64,000 nucleotides of DNA from an uncultured Opitutaceae bacterium (GCA_903890485.1 CAITBM010000006.1:11901-75900); one strand, 5' to 3'. Counted from the stretch's first letter, positions 49,181-59,279 are shown. Made by a program: numbers and translations. The notes: generated by a model not told the origin, from the letters alone.

Positions 49181-49199
49181 CACCTTGGGGTTGGGACAA

Positions 49200-49240
49200 C
49201 CGGGGGCGCGGCCGATCTTGGGCGGCGCCCCCGGTTTTTT
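49200..49240 (+). terminator. rho-independent terminator
   Basis: CCGGGGGCGC...GCGCCCCCGG is a perfect 10-bp GC stem, followed by TTTTTT. Confidence 0.75.
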
Positions 49241-49242
49241 GC

Positions 49243-50337
49243 TTATCTCTGGAGATCCCCGGGAACCTCGGGGATACCGGGGTCATCCAGGACCTGCACC
49301 GCCGTCGCGGGCCCAAAGTCCGTCCAGTTGTACATGGCCGAGACGACCTTCTTGTCGGGGGAAATCTCCACGAGTTGGCACGTCTTTCCGCCGTTTCCCC
49401 GGGAGCACAGGATCGTGTTGCCGTTGGCCAGGCGAACACAGCTCTGGGAGCCGGCCAATTCGATGCCGCGGGGAAGCTCCGAAAGCCTGAATTCCCAAAC
49501 AGTCTCCCCTTTCGGGTTCACCTCCCGCGTGAGTTCATCCTTCTCGTCGGTGATCAGCGTGTTGCCGTTGCGCAGGCGGATGGCGGCCCACGGGGACGCT
49601 ATGGCGTAGGACCACACCTCGTTGAAGTCCTTATCGTACTCGACAACCTTGTTCATGGTCAGGAACGGGGCGAGGTAGGTCCCCTGTGCGGTGACGCGCA
49701 TCCGGCGGAACTGGCCGTGAACGGTGCGCGGGTCGGTCAGGCTCGGCGCAGGGAGCGCATGCTCGACCTCGACAACGCCCGTGCGGGTGTTGATCACCAT
49801 CAGTTTCGGCGGGAGGCCGTTCTCAACGAGCATCACCTTGTCGAGGCCGATGGGCTGCACCGTGTGGATTTCAGTTCCAGCCGGGGCATCGAGGCGCCAC
49901 ACCACCTTCTTCTGGGGCGTCACCTCGGCGGCATACGCCATCCGAGAGAAAACGATGTTCCCGTTGCTCAGGAGCCAGGCGTCATCGTATTCCCAGCCCT
50001 TTCCCGTGGAATAGGTCCAAATGACCTTTCCCTTGTCGACGAGGAACATCGTGTTGCAGCCTTCCCCGATGTAGAGCATCGGGTGCTCTGCCGCGCCTTT
50101 CCCGGGCAGCACCCGGCCGGCTAGCTCGGGATAGGATTTCCAGGTGGGCGGATCGACCGGGGTCTCAGACTCGCCAAACGGCGGCACGTCAGGACCGGTG
50201 AACCTCTCAAGGACGGAAAGGCACGGGGTCGAGAGAAAGGCAGAATCGGCGGCCGGGGCGAGGTGGGCAAGGATGGCTGAGACCAGAACGGCGCATGGGG
50301 CGCGCGCGACCCATCTAGGAGCGGGCAGTAGGGGGTT
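49243..50337 (-). CDS. secreted beta-propeller repeat protein (PQQ/BamB-like), function unknown
   Basis: A signal peptide starts at MNPLLPAPRWV. Repeated motifs of the form ..G.VVW.. are present (KVIWTY, KVVWRL, NEVWSY, ETVWEF). Confidence 0.55.
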   Translation of the reverse strand, partial: NPLLPAPRWVARAPCAVLVSAILAHLAPAADSAFLSTPCLSVLERFTGPDVPPFGESETPVDPPTWKSYPELAGRVLPGKGAAEHPMLYIGEGCNTMFLVDKGKVIWTYSTGKGWEYDDAWLLSNGNIVFSRMAYAAEVTPQKKVVWRLDAPAGTEIHTVQPIGLDKVMLVENGLPPKLMVINTRTGVVEVEHALPAPSLTDPRTVHGQFRRMRVTAQGTYLAPFLTMNKVVEYDKDFNEVWSYAIASPWAAIRLRNGNTLITDEKDELTREVNPKGETVWEFRLSELPRGIELAGSQSCVRLANGNTILCSRGNGGKTCQLVEISPDKKVVSAMYNWTDFGPATAVQVLDDPGIPEVPGDLQR

Positions 50338-50397
50338 CATTGCGACGGCCACACTGTCCCAAATGGCCGTTCTCCACAATCCCCGACCTGGGGCTCC

Positions 50398-51228
50398 GTG
50401 CGGCAGGCCTTTACCCCGCAGCCGTTGCCCCTTTCACTGAACCGCGCATCAGCCCGGAACCCGCGGCCCCCACTCTTGCCCTCGACCCCCAACATTCCTC
50501 GGCAATTATCCAGGCTGCTCGTCCCAGTCTGGGTCGCGATCCTGGCCTCCTGCGCCCTTCCCCAGGGATCTACCGAGTTCCGCCCCGTGCCCTCGTTCAG
50601 GACGGGCGCCCGCATCCTTTTCCAAGGTGACTCGATCACCGACGGCAACCGGGGTCGGAGCGAGGACCCGAACCATATCCTGGGACACGGCTACGCCTTC
50701 ATCATCGCCGCCCGTTACGGTGCCTCATTTCCCGAAAGCAATCTCACCTTCATCAACCGAGGCGTGAGCGGCAACACCGTGTCGGACCTTGCCGCCCGGT
50801 GGCAGGAGGACTGCATCGGACTGCATCCCGACCTGGTAAGCATTCTGGTGGGGGTGAACGACGCCCTCTTCAAGCTGCCCGTCGACGACTACGAGAGGAC
50901 CTACGACGTGCTCCTCGCCAGGACCGTCGCCTCCAATCCGAACGTGAGGCTCGTCCTGTGCGCCCCGTTCTCGCTGCCCGTGGGGGCCAGGAAAGAGGCC
51001 TTTGCGGCCTGGTACTCCGGTATCAAGGAGCGACAGGAGGTCGTCGCCCGCCTAGCCGCGAAATACCATGCGGCCCTGGTCGAGCTCCAGCCCGTGTTTG
51101 ACGAGGCGTGCCGCCGCGCACCCGCCGAGCACTGGATATGGGACGGCGTGCACCCGACCTACTCGGGGCATGAACTGATCGCGGACGCCTGGATCCGCGC
51201 CGTCCGGGCGCACTGGCCCGGACCCTGA
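50398..51228 (+). CDS. SGNH/GDSL hydrolase
   Basis: Blocks are FQGDSITDG, GVSGNT, VGVNDA and DGVHPT. The start is uncertain, because the signal-like LLVPVWVAILASCA lies well inside the ORF. Confidence 0.8.
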   Translation: MRQAFTPQPLPLSLNRASARNPRPPLLPSTPNIPRQLSRLLVPVWVAILASCALPQGSTEFRPVPSFRTGARILFQGDSITDGNRGRSEDPNHILGHGYAFIIAARYGASFPESNLTFINRGVSGNTVSDLAARWQEDCIGLHPDLVSILVGVNDALFKLPVDDYERTYDVLLARTVASNPNVRLVLCAPFSLPVGARKEAFAAWYSGIKERQEVVARLAAKYHAALVELQPVFDEACRRAPAEHWIWDGVHPTYSGHELIADAWIRAVRAHWPGP

Positions 51229-51245
51229 GGCCGGGGCCCGCTGCC

Positions 51246-51752
51246 TCAGTTCGACTTGTTCAGGAGCTTCTTCTTTTCCGACTGGAACTCCTCGTCGGAG
51301 AGGATCCCCTTCTTGCGGAGGTCATCGAGCTTCACCAAGGCGTTGTAAAGGTCGTCCGTCGTGGCGGTGAGGGTCTTCTGGACCACGACTGTCGTCACCA
51401 CCCCTCCCGCAGGGGCTTCAGTCGGCAGCGGCTCCGTGAGCCCCGGGTCGCCGGCAGGAAGCGCCTTGAAGACGATCTTGGCATAGGCGTAGCCCGTCGC
51501 AAAGCGCGGAACCTTTCCGGTGAGCGAGAGGACCCGCATCTGCTTGCCCTGGGACTCGCAGAACCGCTGGGCCGCGGCGGTCGCATCCTCCTTCAGCTTG
51601 TCCGTGTCCCGGGTGAACGCGGTCCTGGCCTCGCGCGTGATGGAGAAGGTGTCGCTTCCCATCGGTACCACCTCGTCCTTCGAGGACGAGGCCCGCCCTA
51701 CCAGTGCCGTGCAGAAAAGAGCCGCGAAAAGAAACGTGCTGAGGGTTTTCAT
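51246..51752 (-). CDS. secreted protein with C-terminal SHOCT domain
   Basis: The signal peptide is MKTLSTFLFAALFCTALVGRA. The C-terminus LVKLDDLRKKGILSDEEFQSEKKKLL matches SHOCT. Confidence 0.65.
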   Translation of the reverse strand: MKTLSTFLFAALFCTALVGRASSSKDEVVPMGSDTFSITREARTAFTRDTDKLKEDATAAAQRFCESQGKQMRVLSLTGKVPRFATGYAYAKIVFKALPAGDPGLTEPLPTEAPAGGVVTTVVVQKTLTATTDDLYNALVKLDDLRKKGILSDEEFQSEKKKLLNKSN

Positions 51753-51891
51753 GTTCGGTGAAAACCGTCGCTCGCCTCGCCGGCTGGGTCAAGGTTTCGC
51801 TGACCGCATCGTCCTAAAACCTCTCGGTTGCAAAACCCCCCTTCGCCCCCCAGCCTGGGTCCGCCCCACCCATCCGGACGAGCCCGTGCCT

Positions 51892-52923
51892 ATGAAGACC
51901 CTGATCCTTGTTGCAGCAACCCTGGCCGTGCGGCCCCTCATTGCGGCTGATGCGCCGGCAGCGCAGGCCGCCGCCACGGCACCAGCTGCCGTGCTGACAG
52001 CCGAGCAGCGGGACTTCATGAAGTGGAAGTTCGGGATGTTCCTGCACTTCAACATTGGCACCTTCGCCGACCGGGACTGGGCGAGCGGGTACGAGGACCC
52101 CGATCTCTTCAATCCGACCAAGCTCGACTGCGGGCAATGGGCGGACGCGGCCAAGTCGGCGGGCATGACCTACATGGTGCTGACCGTGAAGCACACGGAG
52201 GGTATCGCGCTCTACGACAGCGCCTTCACGACCCATGACATCACGCTCTTCAAGAAGTTCAGGGGCGGAAAAGGGGACATCGTCCGCGAATTCGTCGAGG
52301 CATGCCGTTCCCGTGGCCTTAAGGTCGGACTCTACTACTGTTTCCCAGGGGACTACTCGGACGAGGAGCACCATAACGCGCCCCCCGCGGGCAAGCCGAG
52401 CCTTCACGGGCTTCCCCCCGAGGCGGCAGGAAACTACGTGGAATTCATCAAGCACCAGCTCGGCGAAATGCTGACGCGCTTTGGCCCAATCGACCTGCTC
52501 TGGATCGACCAGTACGCGAACAAATACACCGGCGACCGATGGCCCGAGATCCAGGCCTACGTGAGGGGTCTCCAACCCCACTGCATCCTGCTCGCAAACA
52601 ATGCGGCGAACCTGAAGGACTCCGATGTGCTGGGCTATGAATTCCCCTGGAGGGGCGAGCTTCCCCCGGCGGGAAACGTCCTTCCTGCCGAGGTCTGCGA
52701 TGCGATCCAGACGGGCCAGCGCTGGTTCTGGACCGAGGCCAAGAAGCCTTCGGACCTCCAAAGCGCCGAGCAGATCGTCAAGACCCTGCGTGCCTGTGCC
52801 GAGAGGAACGCCAACTACCTACTGGATGTGCCCCCGGATCGGGACGGATTGATCTCGGGCCCCCAGCTGGAGCGCCTGAAGGAAGTCGGGGCATTGATGG
52901 CCAAGGCCGGCGCAAAGCCGTGA
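51892..52923 (+). CDS. GH29 alpha-L-fucosidase
   Basis: A signal peptide starts at MKTLILVAATLA. Motifs are WKFGMFLHFNIGTF and VKHTEGIALYDS. The upstream part of the ORF overlaps the SHOCT gene antisense and is discarded. Confidence 0.85.
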   Translation: MKTLILVAATLAVRPLIAADAPAAQAAATAPAAVLTAEQRDFMKWKFGMFLHFNIGTFADRDWASGYEDPDLFNPTKLDCGQWADAAKSAGMTYMVLTVKHTEGIALYDSAFTTHDITLFKKFRGGKGDIVREFVEACRSRGLKVGLYYCFPGDYSDEEHHNAPPAGKPSLHGLPPEAAGNYVEFIKHQLGEMLTRFGPIDLLWIDQYANKYTGDRWPEIQAYVRGLQPHCILLANNAANLKDSDVLGYEFPWRGELPPAGNVLPAEVCDAIQTGQRWFWTEAKKPSDLQSAEQIVKTLRACAERNANYLLDVPPDRDGLISGPQLERLKEVGALMAKAGAKP

Positions 52924-53130
52924 CCAACATTTCCGGGGCGCCTCACCTCCAATAGTTTACGCGGCAAGGCGGCATCGGCCTGCCCGGGGGAAATCCCGTA
53001 GGCCTGTAGGAAATCCTGAAACGGCCCTACAAAATTCCAAATGATGCGTATATTATGGCGCCACTGGTTATTCTTAGACCCCGTTCCCAGCTCCAAAGCG
53101 AATATGGCTGAATCCTTCAAGATCACCCCC

Positions 53131-54000
53131 ATGAGAATTCCCATCCTATCTCCAGCGCTCCTTTCGTCGCTCCTGATCGCCGTCTCGACCGCCCCGGCCC
53201 GGGCAAATCTTTTTTCCGATGCCTTTGACGTGGTCGTCGTCGCCGAGCGCGGCAAGTCCGTGCCCGATGAGCTGGCCAAGCCCACCACATACGTCGCTTT
53301 CGACGGGGGATACATCGAGGCCGGAGACCCCATCGCGGGCGACGACCCGCCGACCGCCGGGCAAGTGAGGCAAAGCCTGGTGGCCGCGTTCGCCGCGCGG
53401 GGTTTCCAGGAGAGCCAGACCGTGCCCAAGCTTCTCGTGGTTTACCACTGGGGCGTACTTCGGGTGGACCACCAGCAAATCCGCATTCCCTATCAGGTCA
53501 GGGACAACCTCTCGGCGCGGATTTCGCTCGTGAGCACGGCGAAGCTCGATGCCGAGCTCGAGAACCACATCCGCGACCGCGAGAAGGCCAGGGGCGAGAA
53601 CCTGAGCTACGCCTCCCCCCGCTTCCTCGTGCCGCCGCTTGATTCAGTCGTGGCCCGCGCTCGGCTTCCCCGGATCTTCGTCGTGGTTTCGGCCTACGAC
53701 TTCCAGTCCTTCTTCCAGAAACACGAGGCCCGGCTCATCTGGCAGACAAAACTGAGCGCGCAGGAAACCAGCGGGAAGATGGAGCAGGTGATCCCCCCGA
53801 TACTTGCCGCCGGGGCCGCCTACCTCGGCTCGGACTCGCAGGACATAGCGGTCGAGAAATCGTTCCTGGCCACGAAGCCCGCGCCCGCTGCCGCAATCAC
53901 CCAGCCCACGCCGGAATCCTACCACCTGGACAGCCGGGTCTTGGACGAGCTGATCCGGAGGGAACGCTTCGCGGTTTCAGGGCAAGCCGAGGGCAACTGA
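53131..54000 (+). CDS. secreted hypothetical protein
   Basis: The signal peptide is MRIPILSPALLSSLLIAVSTAPARA. No family is recognised. Confidence 0.5.
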   Translation: MRIPILSPALLSSLLIAVSTAPARANLFSDAFDVVVVAERGKSVPDELAKPTTYVAFDGGYIEAGDPIAGDDPPTAGQVRQSLVAAFAARGFQESQTVPKLLVVYHWGVLRVDHQQIRIPYQVRDNLSARISLVSTAKLDAELENHIRDREKARGENLSYASPRFLVPPLDSVVARARLPRIFVVVSAYDFQSFFQKHEARLIWQTKLSAQETSGKMEQVIPPILAAGAAYLGSDSQDIAVEKSFLATKPAPAAAITQPTPESYHLDSRVLDELIRRERFAVSGQAEGN

Positions 54001-54077
54001 GGGGCGCCTGTCTCTGGCTGTCCCACCCCCGGGCCTCGCCACTGGAGAGCGAGAGGGGCCACGTCCCTTGCTACCCT

Positions 54078-55412
54078 TCAGCTCTCCTTTGAGGCCAGGG
54101 TCTTCACCTTGACCAGGAAGTCCTGGACCGCGTCGGTTCGCTCAATGGCCAGTGCCTTCTGGAGGTACTCGACACTCTTTGAATAGTGGCGGTTTTTGAG
54201 CTCGATGTTGGCGAGCTCCAGGCTGGCGAGATAGACGCTTCCCTGAATCCGATAGGCGGCCTCAAAGGCCAGGGTCGCCCGCGCCACGTCCTCCTCGGCA
54301 TTATAGGCCCGGCCGAGGCTGATCAACGCGCGCCCGTTCATGGGATCGAGCTTGAGGAGCTCCTCGATCTCGTGGCGTGCCTCGGGCCATTTCTTCTCGG
54401 CCGCGAAGAGATCCGCCCGGGTCTGCAGGAGTTCCAGGCCTCCCTTGCCGAGGTCCCCCGCCCGCACCATGGCCAGCACCTTGTGGGCCTCCTCGAGGCG
54501 CCCCGATGCAATGAGGACTCCCGCGTAGTGCAGGAGCTTCTGGCCGCCCACGTCCGGCGAGGCCTTGACGACACGCGTGTAGACTTCCGCTGCCTCGGGA
54601 ACCAGGCCCTGCTCGGCGTAGAGGTCCCCGAGCATCATGAGCACCTCCAGGTTGGCAGCCCCCGTTCCCGACGACGTTTCCAGGAGGACCGTCGCCTCGA
54701 GCTTTCGGCCCTCCGCCAGGAGGATGTTGGCGTAGGTGATCCAATACCTCGTATCGCTCGGCTTGTCCTTGATCAGGCTCTTCACCAGGGACTCGGCCCG
54801 GGTGAACTGCTTGCCGTCGACGCAGATCCCGAGAAGGCCCTCCTTCCAGTCGACGTTGCCCGGGTCACCGCTCAGCGCCTGCATATAGGCCATCTCCGCC
54901 GACACCAGGTCGCCCTGCTTCTGCAGGCTGTAGCCAAGGAGGCCGAAGGTTGACGAGTCGCGGTCGCCAAGCTCGACGGCCTTCGAGAAGCAAGGAACCG
55001 CCTCCGCGTAGCGTCCCGCAGAATAATAGAGGATCCCCAGGTTCACCCAGGCCCGCAGGAACGTCGGGTACCGGGTCACGGCCCCTCGGTAGTTCGCCTC
55101 GGATTTGTCGATCTTACCGGCGGCGTAGTAGGCGTTTCCCAGGATGAACTGGAACGCCGGGCTCGGCTGCTCCTTTTCCGCCATCATCGCCTCCAGCAGC
55201 TTGAGCGCGAAGTCCGGGTTCGAGGATAGCATGGTCACCACCTTCTGGAAGAGGGCGTACTCCTCCTCGGTCATCTCCGGTTCCCGCTCCTTCAGGAAGG
55301 AGCTCGACTCGTTGATGATGCGCTTGGGGTCGAGCTTCGGCTCGGAGGCGCACAAGGTCCCCTCGAGCGTCACCAGCGTGGACAGGAGGAGGGCAAGCTT
55401 GAGGATCTTCAT
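54078..55412 (-). CDS. TPR-repeat protein (TtpD-like last gene of TonB2-type cluster)
   Basis: A signal peptide is present. Multiple TPR-like A..Y......A repeats occur. It sits 3 nt after the tonB-like gene. Confidence 0.8.
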   Translation of the reverse strand: MKILKLALLLSTLVTLEGTLCASEPKLDPKRIINESSSFLKEREPEMTEEEYALFQKVVTMLSSNPDFALKLLEAMMAEKEQPSPAFQFILGNAYYAAGKIDKSEANYRGAVTRYPTFLRAWVNLGILYYSAGRYAEAVPCFSKAVELGDRDSSTFGLLGYSLQKQGDLVSAEMAYMQALSGDPGNVDWKEGLLGICVDGKQFTRAESLVKSLIKDKPSDTRYWITYANILLAEGRKLEATVLLETSSGTGAANLEVLMMLGDLYAEQGLVPEAAEVYTRVVKASPDVGGQKLLHYAGVLIASGRLEEAHKVLAMVRAGDLGKGGLELLQTRADLFAAEKKWPEARHEIEELLKLDPMNGRALISLGRAYNAEEDVARATLAFEAAYRIQGSVYLASLELANIELKNRHYSKSVEYLQKALAIERTDAVQDFLVKVKTLASKES

Positions 55413-55415
55413 GGG

Positions 55416-56150
55416 CTAGAGCGTGAATTTTGAACCCTCGGTCCACTTGTACCAGACGAGCTGCTGGACCATGCACTTGACCTTGTGGCCCTTGCGGACG
55501 GCGGGGGAGAAGACCCACTCGTCCCTGACGCACTCCAGGACGATGGAGTCGAAGGCCTTGTTGCCCGAGGGCTTGAGGACCCGGATGCTGGCCACGGCCC
55601 CCTCGGTATCGATCACCAGGAGCATCGTGACCCGAAGGCTGTCCGCGTTGTCCCGGGCGTTGCGCGACACGCGGGCAATCGTCTTGACGAGGGCAGTCGG
55701 GACCTGGTCCACCTCGCTCTGCTGGTAGATGTGCTGGATGTCCCCGAGGGGACCCGCCTTGGGCTTGAGGTCCGAGAAGACCTGGTTGAACTGGATCGTG
55801 GCCTTCGGCGGGAGGTCTGTCGGCGGGATGATCTTGTCGAGGTCGGGCGGGACGACCGCAAGCCGCACCGGGCTGTCCGAGGCCCCGATCTCAAGACCCG
55901 TCAGGGGCGAGGATACGCTCACCGGGTCCTGGTGAACCTCCACCTTTGGCGGAGGTGGCTCGGCAATGGCAGAGACGACGCGTGCGTCCTCGATCTCCGT
56001 CGCCGGAGCCACGGGCTTCGACCGCTCAAAGTGGGCCACGCACAGGAAGATCCCGAGCGTCAGGCCCGATCCGAGGGCGAGGCAAAGCGCCTCGTCGGCC
56101 AGCCTCGCTGCGCCGTGCCTGTGCTCGATCATTGTCAGGGTGTGCTCCAC
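55416..56150 (-). CDS. tonB: TonB-family energy transducer
   Basis: It has an N-terminal TM helix and a Pro-rich linker (PPPPKVEVHQDPV). The C-terminal TonB domain reads VIDTEGAVASIRVLKPSGNKAFDSIVLECVRDEWVFSPA. Confidence 0.75.
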   Translation of the reverse strand: MEHTLTMIEHRHGAARLADEALCLALGSGLTLGIFLCVAHFERSKPVAPATEIEDARVVSAIAEPPPPKVEVHQDPVSVSSPLTGLEIGASDSPVRLAVVPPDLDKIIPPTDLPPKATIQFNQVFSDLKPKAGPLGDIQHIYQQSEVDQVPTALVKTIARVSRNARDNADSLRVTMLLVIDTEGAVASIRVLKPSGNKAFDSIVLECVRDEWVFSPAVRKGHKVKCMVQQLVWYKWTEGSKFTL

Positions 56151-56158
56151 GGTTTCCT

Positions 56159-56569
56159 TTAGCGCCCGTCGGCCCGGGTCGTGGCAAACTCCACATGCTG
56201 GATTCCCGAGCGCTTGGCCTCCGAGTACACCGCGGCAAACACGCCGAGGTTCGACGACCTGTCACCGCGGATGATCACGGACGGAAAGCGGCCGATCGCG
56301 GCCTGCTTGATAAGTCCCGAGACCTGATCGACGCGAATCTCCTGGCCGTCAAAGTACACCCGGTTGTCCCTGGAGATGGCGATCAGGAGCGCGCTCTGGT
56401 CGCCGCTGATGGACCCGCTCACGTCGGGTTTCTCCACCTCGATCCCCGGATCGTTCACGAAGGCGCTGCTCACCATCAGGAAGATCACCAGCACCATGAT
56501 GCAATCGACCATCGGCACCATGTCGATGTGCGTGACCTCGAACCGGCTCCTGTGGGACTTGCCGATCAT
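56159..56569 (-). CDS. exbD: ExbD/TolR biopolymer transport protein
   Basis: The motif IDMVPMVDCIMVLVIFLMV is present. The protein is 136 aa and overlaps the exbB-like gene by 4 nt. Confidence 0.85.
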   Translation of the reverse strand: MIGKSHRSRFEVTHIDMVPMVDCIMVLVIFLMVSSAFVNDPGIEVEKPDVSGSISGDQSALLIAISRDNRVYFDGQEIRVDQVSGLIKQAAIGRFPSVIIRGDRSSNLGVFAAVYSEAKRSGIQHVEFATTRADGR

Positions 56570-57063
56570 GGGTGTGCGCCACTCCAGGCGCTCTTCTCGA
56601 TCTCGTTGGCCCTCTCGAGGTATTTCCTGAGGCTGCGGTGCGCCAAATGCACGACCAGGAGGGCGGGTATCGCCACCACGAGGCCCGACTCCGTGGCGAC
56701 CAGGACCTCGGAGATCCCCCGCGCCAGGCCCTCCATTGTCTTCTCCGCCGAATGCCCGGCAAGGCTCTCAAACGTCGTCACCATGCCGCTCACGGTGCCA
56801 AGGAGCCCAAGCAGGGGAGCAGCGGCGATCATGGAGCCGAGGACGACGCGCTGCTGCCGGAAGGATTCACTGAGCTCGTCCCTGGCGGTCCTCAGCTGCG
56901 GGACCAGCCGCTCATCGACGGGCCGTAGCGTGTCCAGCCTGAGCCGGGACCGCCTCAGGTCCAGGAGGAGCTTGAAGCACCGGGAGTATAGGACCACCGA
57001 GAGCGCAAGGATCGCGATCATCACGGGGCCCCCTTTGCCGACGAGTTCGTACAGGGCCCTCAT
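56566..57063 (-). CDS. exbB: MotA/TolQ/ExbB proton-channel protein (short form)
   Basis: The motif APLLGLLGTVSGMVTTF..GISEVLVATESGLVVAIP is present. Confidence 0.85.
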   Translation of the reverse strand: MRALYELVGKGGPVMIAILALSVVLYSRCFKLLLDLRRSRLRLDTLRPVDERLVPQLRTARDELSESFRQQRVVLGSMIAAAPLLGLLGTVSGMVTTFESLAGHSAEKTMEGLARGISEVLVATESGLVVAIPALLVVHLAHRSLRKYLERANEIEKSAWSGAHP

Positions 57064-58481
57064 GGCGCGGCTGGTTTCTTTTCCGCCTTGGCCGTATCCA
57101 CGGCGGTCACGAACTCGAGCGCGTAGCGCTCGAGCAGGGAGAGGTTCTTCTGGATCCTCTGCGACAGGAAGCCGTGGGCGATCAGGGTCGGGATCGCGAC
57201 CACGAGCCCGAGTTCGGTGGCGACTAGCACCTCCGAGATGCCGCTTGCGAGCTTGCCCGCGTTTCCGGTGCCGAAAACGGTGATGAGGGCGAAGGTCTTC
57301 ACCATGCCGACCACTGTTCCTAGGAGGCCCATGAGCGGAGCCGCGGTGGCGATGACCGCCAGGAGCGGGAGGCGCCGCTCAAAGTGCAGGCGCTGGCTGA
57401 GGAGAACCGACTGGAGATGCTCCTCGAGAATTTCCTTGGGGCTCCCGGCATACCTTAGTCCCGTCTCGAAGAGCTCACTGGCGGGGCCCTTGAGGGCCTT
57501 CGCAGCCTTGCCCGCCTCGGCCCAGGCACCCTGGTAAACCTCCTTGAGGAACCCGTTGACCTTGGACGGGGCGTCCAAGGCGAGCGCGGAGAGGTCCCTC
57601 ACCTTCTGCAGGATCATGATGAGCGAAAGGACGCCCACCCCGATGATCGCATAGGCCACAAGCCCGCCCTTCTGGACGTGCTCAATGATGGACCCCCGGG
57701 TCTCCTTCAGCTTGAGGGCCTTGCCTCCGGAGGCATCCGCAAGGACCACACCCGTTTTGCCCGAGAAGAACGCGGCCGCATCTTCCTGCTTCCAGGATTG
57801 GAGCTCGTAGCTGACCGGAAACGGGGATCCCGCCCGCGGCCGGACCGTTCCGGGGCGGCCACCCTGCTCGGGCAAAAAGTAGGTTTCCGGTCCGGTGAAC
57901 GCGAAGGTCCCTCGGACGACCTGGTTGCTGCCCGACACAATGGAGCTGCCCTGGGCCGAATAGCCGCCCAGCTCCCTGCGCATCCTCTCAAACAGGAAAT
58001 CCGCGATGTCGGCGGCCGCCTGGCCGTTTGGCCCCGAGGCCGCGTCGTCGAGTTTCTGGCCCAGGGCTTGCACCTTCTCCGAAAGGAACTGCGCCTCGCC
58101 AGGCGCCATCCCGTCGCCAAAGGCGGTGAGCCCGTCGTGGGCCAGCGTCCCGATGTAGGCCGTGTTCTTGCGGACCGCGTCCAGGTCCATCAGCAGTTTT
58201 CGGTGCTGCTCGGCAAACTGCTCCTGTCCCGTCTCCAGGCGCTCCGTCTCGCTCTGGGCCGCCACGATGCGGTCCTCGGCAATCCTCATCTCCTTCAGCA
58301 GCGGGGCCTTCTCGTCGGCTATGCGGCTGCGGGCCCCGCTCAGTTCGTCCGCCGCCTTCGCGAGGCGTTGGCCATAGTCGGAGGAGGCCCGCTGCGACGC
58401 CTCCTCGAAGGTCTCGGCCGAGAGCGCCACAGGAACGATCAGGGCGAGCACGTAAGGGGCCAGGGAAATTCGGATCTTCAT
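57060..58481 (-). CDS. MotA/TolQ/ExbB-family protein with long N-terminal periplasmic coiled-coil (TtpC-like)
   Basis: A signal peptide is followed by about 280 aa of coiled-coil and periplasmic region. The C-terminus reads APLMGLLGTVVGMVKTF..GISEVLVATELGLVVAIP. Confidence 0.8.
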   Translation of the reverse strand: MKIRISLAPYVLALIVPVALSAETFEEASQRASSDYGQRLAKAADELSGARSRIADEKAPLLKEMRIAEDRIVAAQSETERLETGQEQFAEQHRKLLMDLDAVRKNTAYIGTLAHDGLTAFGDGMAPGEAQFLSEKVQALGQKLDDAASGPNGQAAADIADFLFERMRRELGGYSAQGSSIVSGSNQVVRGTFAFTGPETYFLPEQGGRPGTVRPRAGSPFPVSYELQSWKQEDAAAFFSGKTGVVLADASGGKALKLKETRGSIIEHVQKGGLVAYAIIGVGVLSLIMILQKVRDLSALALDAPSKVNGFLKEVYQGAWAEAGKAAKALKGPASELFETGLRYAGSPKEILEEHLQSVLLSQRLHFERRLPLLAVIATAAPLMGLLGTVVGMVKTFALITVFGTGNAGKLASGISEVLVATELGLVVAIPTLIAHGFLSQRIQKNLSLLERYALEFVTAVDTAKAEKKPAAP

Positions 58482-58487
58482 GGGGCG

Positions 58488-59279
58488 TTATTTGCTTCCC
58501 GCTTCCGCCATCGGCTGGCTGAGCATCGCCGGAACCGCCACGAAGTCGGGATTCGCCTTGTCGTTGTAGATCGCCACCAGGGTCGACACGGGACCGACGG
58601 CGTCCGGGCTCGGCTGCCACTGCCAGCCCTTGGGGCCTGGGGATCCGTACCACGCCTTTCCCGCCACCTTGTCGAGCGCGTAGGCCCGGCCTAGGCCCCA
58701 GTAGATCACGTCAAGGGACCGCGCGCCCGTTTCGCCCTCGATTGTGAGGACCTCCTCGCCGCACGTCACCGTGTGCTCGAAAAGGGCGCATCGGTTCAGC
58801 ATCGTCATGACGAGCTGCATCCGGTCCCCTGCTCCGAGGCCCGGGTTTGCGATGCTCCGGTAGGACAACTCCAGGGCCTCAGAGAGCCTGGGCGGAAGCA
58901 TCGGGCGCACCTCGACCAGCTTTTTGGAAAGCGCCTCGAGCCGGTCCTGCGTCGCCTTAAGGTCTTCGGACGCGGCTTTGTTCTTCCCCTCCAGCTCTTC
59001 GATGTCCGCGCGGTCCTTCGCCGTCTTCGCCTTCAAGTGGTCTCGCTTCTCCTCGATCAAGTCCGCACGGTCCTTGAGCCCGCTCACCGTCGACTCGAGA
59101 AGCGGCCGGGTCGACCGCCATTCGCCTTCGATTCGCGCTGTTTCCAGGCGCGTCTTGATCCACTCGCCGGCCGCCCGTTCGCTGGATTCAAGCGGGTTCG
59201 CATCGGGTGCGGCGCAGATCGTGGCGGCAACCAAAAGCGGCGTCAGGATTCCAAGCAGGGGCAGTCTTCGTGATGTCAT
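58488..59279 (-). CDS. DUF3450-family periplasmic coiled-coil protein (TtpB-like)
   Basis: A signal peptide and coiled-coil are present. The C-terminal segment is YWGLGRAYALDKVAGKAWYG. It is the first gene of the cluster. Confidence 0.7.
   Translation of the reverse strand: MTSRRLPLLGILTPLLVAATICAAPDANPLESSERAAGEWIKTRLETARIEGEWRSTRPLLESTVSGLKDRADLIEEKRDHLKAKTAKDRADIEELEGKNKAASEDLKATQDRLEALSKKLVEVRPMLPPRLSEALELSYRSIANPGLGAGDRMQLVMTMLNRCALFEHTVTCGEEVLTIEGETGARSLDVIYWGLGRAYALDKVAGKAWYGSPGPKGWQWQPSPDAVGPVSTLVAIYNDKANPDFVAVPAMLSQPMAEAGSK

Noticed and set aside
51520-51891. The upstream extension of the GH29 ORF.
   Set aside because: It overlaps the SHOCT-protein gene on the opposite strand and has no signal peptide. 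The internal ATG at 51892 gives a canonical signal peptide followed by GH29 motifs.
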